Assembly: GCA_964291265.2 (NCBI GenBank)
Contig: OZ219747.1
Span: 640,001 to 704,000, forward strand
Direction of reading: 5' to 3'
DNA: 64,000 nt
Origin: Alphaproteobacteria bacterium
GTDB lineage: Bacteria; Pseudomonadota; Alphaproteobacteria; SP197
Made by a program: the position numbers and the translations under genes. The notes beneath the pieces are model-generated. The model was not told the origin of the DNA. It did no database searches and saw only the letters and a list, made by a program, of their open reading frames with translations. Below, piece after piece: positions 13,520 through 22,227 of the stretch (its first letter is position 1; each line of letters opens with the position of its first letter).

Positions 13520-15418
13520 ATGAAGAAGCGCCGTCCCCTGCGCATGATCGTTCCCGTCCTGCGCTGGACCATCATCGCCACCATCTGGATCTCGCTCGTC
13601 GCCGGTGGGCTTGTCGGCTGGTACGCCCTCGATCTTCCCGATCCCGGCCGCCTCGTCAGCGACCGCGCACCCTCGGTGACCATTCTGGATTCCAGCGACG
13701 GAATTCTCGCAACCTACGGCGACTTTCGCGGCGAGATCGTTCCCTTTGACCGTCTGCCGCCGGATCTCGTGGCAGCTGTCATCGCCACCGAGGATCGCCG
13801 CTTCTTCAGCCATGGCGGCATGGACATCTTCGGCGTTCTGCGCGCCATCATCGTCAACCTGCGCGCCGGGGAGGTGGTCCAGGGCGGCAGCACCATCACC
13901 CAGCAGGTCATCAAGAACGTCTTTCTGACACCGGAACGCTCCCTCAAGCGCAAGGTTCAGGAAGTGCTGCTCGCCTTCTGGCTGGAACGGAAGTTCGCCA
14001 AGGAGGAGATCCTCGCCATCTACCTCAACCGGGTCTATTTCGGGGCCGGCGCCTTTGGCATCGCCGCCGCTTCGCATCGCTATTTCGGCAAGAAGGCGGG
14101 GGATCTTTCCCTGGGTGAATCGGCCATGATCGCCGGTCTCCTGAAGGCGCCTTCGCGCGACAACCCCTTCAACGACCCCGGCCGGGCCCTTGTCCGGACC
14201 ATCACCGTCATCGACAGCATGGTGGATGCCGGTTTCATCGACCGGGAACGTGCCGGACGGGCGAAGGCGACCCCCCTGATCCTGGCCATGGACAGCAATA
14301 CCGGTAGGGATGCGCGCTATGCCACCGACTGGGTGACGGCACGGGCGTCCGAGTACATCGGTGTGGCAACCCGCAACCTCATCATCTCGACGACCATCGA
14401 CGCAACGCTCCAGGAGAAGGCCGGCAACGCGCTTGTCTCCCGGCTCGCCGAAGGCGGGCCGGAAACCGTTGCCGAAGGCGCCATCGTCTCCATGGCCCCC
14501 GACGGCGCCGTACTCGCCATGGTCGGCGGCTCGGGATACGGTCACACGCAGTTCAATCGCGCCGTCCACGCCTACCGGCAACCGGGCTCGGCCTTCAAGC
14601 TCTTCGTCTATCTGGCAGCCCTTGAAGCCGGCTGGCAGCCCGACACCGGCGTGGAGGACCGCCCGGTGACGATCAACGGCTGGAGTCCGGGCAACTTCCG
14701 TGATCGCTACGAAGGCGCCATGACGCTCGCCGATGCCTTCGCCGGTTCGGTCAACACGGTGTCGGCCGCCATCGCCTGGAAGGTCGGCATTGCGAACGTC
14801 ATCGAGGTCGCGCATCGCCTCGGCATCGACAGGGAATTCCCGGAGATCCCGAGTCTTGCGCTGGGAACGACGGAACTCAGTCTCCTCGAACTGACCGGAG
14901 CCTACGGCACCATGGCCAACCAGGGCCTCGCCACCTGGCCCTGGGTGATCCGGGAAATCCGTACCTCGTCGGGCGAGGTTCTCTACCGGCGCCACGACCT
15001 CGCCGCACCCCGCCTCATCGAACCGGCCGTCCACGCCCGGATGACGGCGATGCTCGGCAGGGTCATGGAAGACGGCACCGGCCGGGCGGCGCGGATCGCC
15101 TGGCCGGCCGGGGGCAAGACCGGCACCAGCCAGGATTTCCGCGATGCCTGGTTCATCGGATTCACCCGTCAGTACGTGACAGGCGTATGGGTGGGAAACG
15201 ACGACGGAAGCCCGACCGGCAAGGTCACCGGCGGTGGCCTGCCGGCCCGCATCTGGGCCGACTACATGACCGAGGCCCTCGCAGGGGAGCCCTCCCTGAA
15301 GCTCGTCGATCACGCACCCCCAGCCGCGACCGACGATTTCACGGACTTCGTCAGCGACCTCCTCGGCGACCTCACCGGCGACAGCCCCCCCTCCCGCCAG
15401 AGAGGGCCCGAGTGGTAG
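13520..15418 (+). CDS. class A penicillin-binding protein (PBP1A family transglycosylase/transpeptidase)
   Basis: N-terminal TM, EDRRFFSH, GGSTITQQ, RKVQE, RQPGSAFK (SxxK), SVN, GKTGT. Confidence 0.93.
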   Translation: MKKRRPLRMIVPVLRWTIIATIWISLVAGGLVGWYALDLPDPGRLVSDRAPSVTILDSSDGILATYGDFRGEIVPFDRLPPDLVAAVIATEDRRFFSHGGMDIFGVLRAIIVNLRAGEVVQGGSTITQQVIKNVFLTPERSLKRKVQEVLLAFWLERKFAKEEILAIYLNRVYFGAGAFGIAAASHRYFGKKAGDLSLGESAMIAGLLKAPSRDNPFNDPGRALVRTITVIDSMVDAGFIDRERAGRAKATPLILAMDSNTGRDARYATDWVTARASEYIGVATRNLIISTTIDATLQEKAGNALVSRLAEGGPETVAEGAIVSMAPDGAVLAMVGGSGYGHTQFNRAVHAYRQPGSAFKLFVYLAALEAGWQPDTGVEDRPVTINGWSPGNFRDRYEGAMTLADAFAGSVNTVSAAIAWKVGIANVIEVAHRLGIDREFPEIPSLALGTTELSLLELTGAYGTMANQGLATWPWVIREIRTSSGEVLYRRHDLAAPRLIEPAVHARMTAMLGRVMEDGTGRAARIAWPAGGKTGTSQDFRDAWFIGFTRQYVTGVWVGNDDGSPTGKVTGGGLPARIWADYMTEALAGEPSLKLVDHAPPAATDDFTDFVSDLLGDLTGDSPPSRQRGPEW

Positions 15419-15432
15419 GACTTGACCGCTCT

Positions 15433-15450
15433 CCCGCCTTGTCGGGCGGG
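15433..15450 (+). terminator. GC hairpin after pbp
   Basis: CCCGCCT-TGTC-GGGCGGG 15 nt after the stop; no U-tract. Confidence 0.3.
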
Positions 15451-15883
15451 CCTCGACCTCGGACGGGGAGATGTCCGGGAGTTTCCAGATGGACCGGGCA
15501 GACTTCCATGCGCTTGCTGTTCGACATGGCCGCACCGTCGCACATCCAGCGCAGGATGGTCAGAAAAACCGTCCTCAAGCACGCGTGCAACGCAAGAAGG
15601 CCCGACGTCGAGAGGAATCACGCGATTCCAGCGCGGAATCGTCCTGGTCGACATTGCGCCATTTCGAACCATTGCTTGTTCGGCGCGATCTTCAGACCCC
15701 TGTGTGCGCCAGTCTTGGAGTATGCAGTGCAACCCAGTCGCCGGGCCAGGGTTGGGTCTTATCAAGGATGGCGCCTGCCACGCATACGACGTTCTTGGTA
15801 ACGCTTCCGACTGGTGATTTCGCCTTCTCCGGGCGCACTGCGCCATGCGTCGACCCCCACATTCTCGCAGTCAGACTGTCATG

Positions 15884-16543
15884 TCATGCCGTTCCCCGCG
15901 CCCGACAATCCGCTTTTCTGATGGCTCTGGTCAAGTCACCCACGGTCGTGGAAGGGCGTCCGTGCGGCGCACCTTCGTCTTCCCGACGCCGATGCAGCTC
16001 GTCTCCCCTTTTTTCCGCATCGATCACCCGGGCCACCATTTCCTCGCAATCCGGCACCTTGGCTCCCGATGCATGGTACTCGGGCCGCAACTGCTGCAGT
16101 TTCCTTTGCACATCATGGCGGTCGTCCGGTCGATCAAAGTCCTGCTCGTGCAGGATCAGCCAGACCTCGAAGCATGGATTTGATCTGGCGACCCCTATGC
16201 CGTTGGATTCACAAACCTTGACGGCCTCTTCATGTCTTTCGTGTTCGTCCCTATCGAATACGGCCCACACCTCGTCACCTTCTTCAAACAGATTCCGCTG
16301 CCGCCTAGCGCCTTGCCTCGACCTCTCCGATCTCGCAAACTCAACCGCCTTCCGGGCAACAGTAATCGGCGTCCCCACTCCACTACGGCTTTCGACCGAA
16401 ATCAGCGCACCTGTCCAAGCCTTCCTGACCGCAGCAAAATAGGCAGGCTCCGTATTCCTCCCTTCGCAAAATAGGGTAAATCGCACCTTGGGTTCTCTTC
16501 TCGGACCGCGCCTTCCAATACGCCCGGTTCGACGCCTTGCCAT
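15884..16543 (-). CDS. RloB family (TOPRIM-like) protein
   Basis: LFCEGRNTEPAYF, VWAVFDRDEH, SNPCFEVWLILH, PSTTVGDL are typical RloB motifs. Confidence 0.85.
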   Translation of the reverse strand: MARRRTGRIGRRGPRREPKVRFTLFCEGRNTEPAYFAAVRKAWTGALISVESRSGVGTPITVARKAVEFARSERSRQGARRQRNLFEEGDEVWAVFDRDEHERHEEAVKVCESNGIGVARSNPCFEVWLILHEQDFDRPDDRHDVQRKLQQLRPEYHASGAKVPDCEEMVARVIDAEKRGDELHRRREDEGAPHGRPSTTVGDLTRAIRKADCRARGTA

Positions 16544-16548
16544 CCTGA

Positions 16549-17823
16549 TCAGGACTCGCACAATGCGGCAACGGGATCACTCCCCGGCATGGCTCCGTAG
16601 CGTCCCTGCAGGTACCCCAATTCGACATTGTCCCCCTTCCGCGTCCGGATATCCGTCAGCGGATATATGACTGTCGCCCCTTCATCACTCTTCTCTGCAA
16701 ACCAGAGTTGATCTCGTCGGAGCATATGAGACTTCATCAAGTTGGTATCATGCGTGGTGGCGACGAGTTGCGCACCGTTGCGATTCACCTTCGGCGAACA
16801 AAAGAGCTTCAGTACGGCTTCGCACGCATGGGTGTGCAAGCTGACGTCCAGTTCATCGATGAGAATCGGCAGTCCCGCATCGATGGCCTTGAATGTCTGA
16901 TCAAGTATGACCAGCAACCTTCGCGTGCCTGCACTCTCCAGATCCAGATCGAGATGCACCACGCCCCCGTCCTTTCCACGGTGGGCAAGTTCAAATGTCT
17001 CGAACTCATCCTCCCCATCCAACGAAAACTTGATCGCGCCGGCAGAAAACTTTTCCAGCACCGTGTGGAGTTCGCGATATATGGCACGGGCTGTCTCCGG
17101 GACATCGAACTTCTTCCTTTGGTATCCAACCACTCCTGTATTGATCGTCTGCAGGAACTCGATGACACGTTCATCAATGCCGTCTCCCATGACGTGGGAT
17201 GACGCTTCAATACCCGGCACGGATACCGGACCGGAGAACACGATACTCTGAAAATAGCCATAAATTCGGGACAGCAACTCGTGCCCGTTTTGCGCAGCTG
17301 CCGATAGAAACAGGCTGTTCGAACGTGTCAGTCTGGCGATGGCGTGATTCTGTCCTTTCAGCCAACGCCCAAAGTCGAATGTCTGGTCCACCCGCTCATA
17401 CAGTTTTCTGCGGTGTGCCTTCGGAATCTCATACAACCACTCCGACGTAAACGCCTCGTCGCTTACCGTGAATCCATAGTGATAGCGGATGTCATCAAGG
17501 AGAAAATCGATTTCGAAGCATGATGGTCTTTGGGAGAAGCTCGGATCGAGCAGGAATGCACGACGCGGCGCACCGCCACCAGGCTTGCCCATGGTCTGCG
17601 ACCACAGGACCATGCCCTTCATGGTCGATACGGCATTGACGAAGTTCGACTTGCCAGACGCATTCGCGCCGTAGATCACGACAGCCGGAACAACCGCCCT
17701 GCTGCCCACGGCCGCGCATGGAATCAGGCCATCGCCTCGATCCTTCAGCGATGACGCCGCGAACGAGAGCTCTTGCCTGTCACGGATCGAAAGGTGGTTC
17801 TCGACGGCGAAGCGCAATAGCAT
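16549..17823 (-). CDS. RloA/AbiLi-like ABC-type (AAA_21) ATPase
   Basis: MLLRFAVENHLSI, IYGANASGKSN, ESAGT signature, IDELDVSLH, QLVATTHD, RRDQLWFAEK, YLQGRYGA. Confidence 0.88.
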   Translation of the reverse strand: MLLRFAVENHLSIRDRQELSFAASSLKDRGDGLIPCAAVGSRAVVPAVVIYGANASGKSNFVNAVSTMKGMVLWSQTMGKPGGGAPRRAFLLDPSFSQRPSCFEIDFLLDDIRYHYGFTVSDEAFTSEWLYEIPKAHRRKLYERVDQTFDFGRWLKGQNHAIARLTRSNSLFLSAAAQNGHELLSRIYGYFQSIVFSGPVSVPGIEASSHVMGDGIDERVIEFLQTINTGVVGYQRKKFDVPETARAIYRELHTVLEKFSAGAIKFSLDGEDEFETFELAHRGKDGGVVHLDLDLESAGTRRLLVILDQTFKAIDAGLPILIDELDVSLHTHACEAVLKLFCSPKVNRNGAQLVATTHDTNLMKSHMLRRDQLWFAEKSDEGATVIYPLTDIRTRKGDNVELGYLQGRYGAMPGSDPVAALCES

Positions 17824-18150
17824 CCGTCTGGAGTCCTCATTCTGGTTGGCACCTGGTATAGTTATGGTCTTGCGTGCGTGATTTCTGCAAAGTCCTGCCT
17901 ATTCTGCATTCCTGTTGTCCACCGTCAACCGTGCGGTACCGCGCTCATCACTGCCCGGACCGGCTCTTGCCAGCCCTGCTCGGGCCATTCGAACTCTCTT
18001 GAGTCATGGCTGCCCTGTGCTCCCTTCTGCCCCTGTCGGCGATTGCGGGCACGCGCATCGGCTTCAACGCATCCAGTTCGCCCGTGCAGTCCAACCGGCG
18101 TGTGGTGTTGCAGTCGGAGAGCAACAGGTCGCTGTCGTTAGTGGTGCGGA

Positions 18151-18450
18151 ATGACGCTGGGCTGGTTTGAGCGATGCGATGTTAAGAGAAGTGTTCTGGT
18201 CGTGGTCGCAGGAGTGCCTGCGCGTCACGTTGGCATGCTGACGCATGCTGACGAGTTGAAACCGCTGTGCGCCGATCTCGAAGACAGCAACCGGGAGTTC
18301 TGGAGATCGCTCGACATGCCCCTCCATCAGGATTGTCACGTTTTCGTCTCGGCATCGGAGCATGGCTTCGTGTCGCTCCTGATGTGGTCGGGAGACCGTG
18401 CGGATGGCATGGCTGAAGGGGAGGGCAGCCGGTGGATCAGTCTCCGGTGA
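18151..18450 (+). pseudogene. possible truncated secreted MORN-repeat-associated protein
   Basis: Hydrophobic N-region, then PLCADL..DCHVF and WSGDRADGMAEGEG, resembling the WSGxCxxGxAxGxG lead-in of MORN-type proteins; ends at the dapB' copy. Confidence 0.3.
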
Positions 18451-18452
18451 GG

Positions 18453-18526
18453 CCGAGAACGTTCTCCATGCCGTAGAGTCTTGCGGGGGGCTGTGATGGG
18501 CCACGAAGATGCCCCGATCGCTGGCC
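18453..18526 (-). repeat. degenerate copy of the dapB 3' end (28904-29002)
   Basis: CCGAGAACGT(T/C)CTCCATGCCGTAGAGTC...GAAGATGCCCCGATCGCTGGCC shared, with small internal deletions; LYGMENVLGL vs LYGMEDVLGL. Confidence 0.9.
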
Positions 18527-18588
18527 GGCCGGGGGCAAGACCGGCGCCAGCCAGGATTTCCGCGATGCCTGGTTCATCGAGTTCACCC
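18521..18588 (+). repeat. copy of an internal 3' segment of pbp (15100-15167)
   Basis: 68 nt CTGGCCGGCCGGGGGCAAGACCGGC(G/A)CCAGCCAGGATTTCCGCGATGCCTGGTTCATCG..TTCACCC, 3 mismatches by eye. Confidence 0.95.
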
Positions 18589-18874
18589 ATGGCTCTCCAT
18601 CCCGAACCCTGGATCCCACATCCTCGCCAACATGCGACGCCGACTGTCCGATGAGGGGACCAGACGCTACAACACCACCCCGGTCCTCATCGCAACCTGC
18701 GTCCAGACACCGCGCTACACAGGCGCCGTCTACAAGGCGTCGGGATGGATCCGTGTCGCAACCACCAAGGGACGCGGACGCTGCGATACGCACAACAAGC
18801 ACGGCAAACCGAAAAAGGACATCTGGCTCAGACCTCTGGGCAAGCATCCCTGGAAACGCATCCTCCAGCGGTGA
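18587..18874 (+). pseudogene. C-terminal fragment of a DUF4338 (DruA-like, IS-associated) protein
   Basis: PWLSIPNPGSHIL..RRL..RYNTTPVLIATCVQTPRYTGAVYKASGW..TKGRGR.D..KPKKDIWLRPL; similar motif to the N-domain of the ISAs1 fusion at 25244-27037. Confidence 0.75.
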
Positions 18875-19008
18875 CAATCGCTTAGCAATCACCTCGTGAC
18901 CGAACGCCTGCCTTCGACCCAGGAGCGACGCTTGCGACGCGGACGGTGTAAACCCCGGCGTTCCTCATGATCGTGCCAGAGCCTCCGGAATTGAGCGTGG
19001 CCAAGCGC
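18777..19008 (+). repeat. 232-bp direct repeat, copy 1
   Basis: Colinear with 21932-22163, scattered substitutions; includes the DUF4338 3' end and about 130 bp beyond its stop. Confidence 0.92.
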
Positions 19009-19134
19009 GTTGCGCCACTCCTCGCGCTCGCACAGTCCCCGCGCCAGGGACGAGCGTGTGCTGCTCTCGCCAACCGCCGCCGCCTTCAGCCAGTCAACCG
19101 TCGTCGCAGACAGATGTCGAAAGCCGATCCTCAT
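19005..19134 (-). pseudogene. N-terminal fragment of a DUF4338-associated (probably IS4-type) transposase
   Basis: MRIGFRHLSATTVDWL...TRSSLARGLCEREEWRN resembles the N-terminus of such proteins; truncated at the repeat. Confidence 0.45.
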
Positions 19135-19194
19135 GGACCACTATGTAAGGCCTCATGAACGGCGAGTTAAACATGTCATTTGACAGGACGGTAC

Positions 19195-19990
19195 CTGGGA
19201 TCGGAGCGCACGAGGTGCCGCATCCTCTCCGCCCGGCAGCCGGTGCGGGAACGGCGCAACCCGCTCACCCACCCACGCTACGCCACGCCCGAACTCATCG
19301 CCCGCGCCCCGAACCCGGTCGGGGCCTAGGACCGCACACGGCTGCTCGGGCCGAAGACCGGGTCTTCCTTCTACCTCTACGTGCTGCTCGACCTCTTCCG
19401 CCGCTACGGGGTGGGATAGAGGGTCGCCGAACGCGAGAGTGCTGCGCGGACCCGCCGGCGGATCGAAGAATCGTGTCTCAAGCAGGGGATCCAGCCCCGG
19501 GTGCGGACCCTGCACTCCGACCGCGGCGCCCCCATGACCCGCTAGTGCACCGCACAACTCCTCGCTCCGCTCGGCATCACCCGCTTGCTCAGTCGCCCCA
19601 GGGTCCGCGACGACCACCCCTTCTCGGAGGCACCGTTCAAGACCTTGAAATCCCACCCCGGGTTCCCCGGGCGCTTCCCGGACCGGACTGCCGCGATCGC
19701 CTTCTGTCGATCCTTCTTCCCTTGGTACCCCACCGAACATCGCCATGCCGGCCTCGCGATGCTCACCCCTGACGAGGTCCACCACGCCCGCGCCCGACGC
19801 CGGATCGAGCCACGCCGACGCACCCTGGGCCGAGCCTGGGGGCGGCGCCCGGAGCGATTCGTCCGGGGGAGACCAACACCGCAGACGCTCCCCGAAACGG
19901 TCGGGATCCACCCGCCGAAGGTTACCGCTACCGTGGGAGATGCTCAGTACGGGACAATCTTTGCGGTCTCAATGGCGTTGACAGGTTCCG
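19195..19990 (+). pseudogene. IS3-family transposase (OrfB, rve core) remnant with right end
   Basis: PELIARAPN, FYLYVLLDLF, LHSDRGAPM, SRPRVRDDHPFSEAPFKTLK with in-frame TAG stops (e.g. near 19328, 19543). Confidence 0.8.
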
Positions 19991-20226
19991 CGGCTCTATC
20001 CGCACGCTCACCATCGACGCCAAGGTCCGGGGCATTCCGCGTCCTTGTCGGCAACGCCCACATCGGTGAAGCCTGGGATGCCCGGGCAAATGACGACAAC
20101 CCGAAATACTATCACCGCGTCCGTCTCGACGACCCAAGCCTTTCCAAGCCCTTCACCGCCGCCCTATTCCCCTCCGAGGAAGGGGATCGGGCGCAGCTCT
20201 TCTGGAACAGGCGACGGGAGGGATGA
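19991..20226 (+). pseudogene. DUF736-family fragment (common in alphaproteobacterial conjugative elements)
   Basis: GSIRTLTIDAKV, frameshift, then FRVLVGNAHIGEAW...VRLDDPSLSKPFTAALF...LFWNR; 5' end lost to the IS3 remnant. Confidence 0.65.
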
Positions 20227-20247
20227 GCCGTTCTGATTTGCTCTATT

Positions 20248-20302
20248 CCGAAATCGTTCGCAAAAGACTTCAAAATATGATAGGTTTTGCGATCAATTTC
20301 GG
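20248..20302. promoter_or_regulatory. inverted-repeat operator of the abiE operon
   Basis: CCGAAATCGTTCGCAAAA (20248-20265) and TTTTGCGATCAATTTCGG (20285-20302), 16/18 complementary, around an AT-rich spacer, 7 nt before the ATG. Confidence 0.7.
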
Positions 20303-20309
20303 GGGCGCC

Positions 20310-21095
20310 ATGTCGGACGCTAGGAGCTACATTGACGGACTTGCCGAGCGCGGCCGGTATCATTTCACGCCGGGGGAAGCGCAGGAAGCGCTCGGCGGCA
20401 CCAAGAACGCCGTCATGCTCGCGCTGCACCGGCTTGCCCGGCAGGGGCTGGTGGCGCATCCGGCGCATGGGTTCTACGTCATTATCCCGCCCGAGTACAG
20501 GCGGCTCGGATGCCTGCCAGCCGATCAGTTCATCCCGGCGCTGATGGAACAGCTTGGCCTCGGCTACTATGTCGGGTTGCTTTCCGCCGCCCAATATCAC
20601 GGCTCCGCTCATCACCGGCCGCAGGAATTTCAGGTTGTGACGGGGAAGAAGCGATGCGGAATCGCCCGCGGTGCGATCAGGGTCGTCTTTGTCGTCCGCA
20701 AGCGCCTCGCCGATGTACCGACACAGCCCTTCAACACGCCCCGCGGCACAATCCGGGTCTCGACCGTCGAGGCCACGACGGTCGATCTCATCGGCTATCC
20801 GCATCATGTGGGCGGGCTCGAACATGCAGCGACGGTCATCGCCGAACTGGCCGAACGGATTGATCCCGAGCGACTGGTCGCGGCGGCCCGAACGGCACCC
20901 ATGCCGTGGGCACAACGGCTGGGCTATCTGCTGGACGTGGCGGGGGAGGCGGACAAGGCCGAACTCCTCAAGCGCCACGTTCAGGAGGAAGCGCGGGACA
21001 TCGCGCCGCTCATCCCTACCATGTCACGCGAGGGTGCGACGCGTGACGCCGGCTGGAAACTGGACGTCAATGCGGATGTGGAGATCGAGGTATGA
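20310..21095 (+). CDS. type IV TA antitoxin, AbiEi family transcriptional regulator
   Basis: GRYHFT, wHTH N-terminus, GFYVIIPPEY, YYVGLLSAAQYHGSAH..PQEFQV, QRLGYLL; ATGA overlap with the toxin. Confidence 0.88.
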   Translation: MSDARSYIDGLAERGRYHFTPGEAQEALGGTKNAVMLALHRLARQGLVAHPAHGFYVIIPPEYRRLGCLPADQFIPALMEQLGLGYYVGLLSAAQYHGSAHHRPQEFQVVTGKKRCGIARGAIRVVFVVRKRLADVPTQPFNTPRGTIRVSTVEATTVDLIGYPHHVGGLEHAATVIAELAERIDPERLVAAARTAPMPWAQRLGYLLDVAGEADKAELLKRHVQEEARDIAPLIPTMSREGATRDAGWKLDVNADVEIEV

Positions 21096-21904
21096 TCCCG
21101 CGCGACTACATCACGGAGTGGCGCGCGCGGGCGCCCTGGGTCGAGGATTCCCAGGTCGAGCAGGATCTAGTCATCAGTCGCGCACTAGTGGAGATATTCT
21201 CCCATCTGTATTTGCGCGAGAGCCTTGCCTTCCGTGGCGGCACCGCCCTCTACAAGCTGCATGTCGATCCGCCGGCCCGCTATTCGGAGGACATCGATCT
21301 GGTGCAAATCCGTACCGAGCCGATCGGCCCGACACTCGATGCCTTGCGCACCGTTCTCGATTCCTGGCTCGGCAGGCCGCAATGGAAGCAGAACGCGGGG
21401 CGGGTCACGCTGAGCTACCGCTTCGAGTCCGAGGACGTTCCGCCCCAACGGCTGCGGTTGAAGATCGAGATCAACTCAAGGGAACACTTCACCCTGTTCG
21501 GGCTCAAGGAGAAGCCGTTCGTGATCTCGTCGCGCTGGTTCGGCGGCAAGGCAAAAATCACCACCTATGCCTTCGACGAATTGATCGGCACCAAGCTGCG
21601 CGCACTCTATCAGCGGCGCAAAGGCCGAGATCTCTTCGATCTGGCCGTGGCGTTGAAGCAGCCTGCCTTTGACCCTGACCGCGTCGTCGAGGCGTTCCTC
21701 CACTACATGGCGCAGGAAGCAGGCAATATCACCCGCGCGCTGTTCGAGCGCAGTCTCGCGGCAAAACTCAAGATGCCGCTGTTCGCGGCTGATATCGGCC
21801 CGCTGCTTGCGATCGGGTATCGCTGGGACATTCACGTTGCGGCCGAGGACGTCTCCTCGCAACTGATCGAGCGTCTGCCCGGCGAACCGTGGAAGGGTGA
21901 ATAG
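21092..21904 (+). CDS. type IV TA toxin, AbiEii nucleotidyltransferase
   Basis: QVEQDL, LAFRGGTALYKLH, RYSEDIDL, KIEINSRE, KLRALYQRRKGRDLFDL. Confidence 0.9.
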   Translation: MIPRDYITEWRARAPWVEDSQVEQDLVISRALVEIFSHLYLRESLAFRGGTALYKLHVDPPARYSEDIDLVQIRTEPIGPTLDALRTVLDSWLGRPQWKQNAGRVTLSYRFESEDVPPQRLRLKIEINSREHFTLFGLKEKPFVISSRWFGGKAKITTYAFDELIGTKLRALYQRRKGRDLFDLAVALKQPAFDPDRVVEAFLHYMAQEAGNITRALFERSLAAKLKMPLFAADIGPLLAIGYRWDIHVAAEDVSSQLIERLPGEPWKGE

Positions 21905-21931
21905 ATGACAGTAAGCGTTCGGCCGTGCGGT

Positions 21932-22163
21932 GACGCTACGATACGCACAAGAAATTCGACAAGCCCAAAAAGGACATCTGGCTGAGGCCTCTGGGCAAGC
22001 ATCCCTGGAAACGCATCCTCCAGCGGTGACAATCGCTTCGCAATCACCTCGTGACCGAACTCCTACCTTCGACCCAGGGGCGACGCTTTCGACGCGGACG
22101 GTGTGAACCCCGGCGTTCCTGATGATCGTGCCAGAGCATCCGGAGTTAAGCGTGGCCAGGCGC
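21932..22163 (+). repeat. 232-bp direct repeat, copy 2
   Basis: Colinear with 18777-19008. Confidence 0.92.
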
Positions 22164-22227
22164 TGAGCGGATCCCGAACTCCTTGGCGAAGGTGCCGATC
22201 TTACCGCACGCCCGAGTATCGTCAGAA

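Noticed and set aside
15450-15880. Small gene or ncRNA between pbp and rloB
   Set aside because: No recognisable motif, RBS-linked ORF or stable repeated structure; treated as decayed island DNA.
18437-18452. dapB' copy ending in its own stop (LTGD*) as evidence of an att-type gene replacement
   Set aside because: Similarity to dapB ends near 18450 and the copy has internal deletions; the stop may be incidental and no integrase is present.
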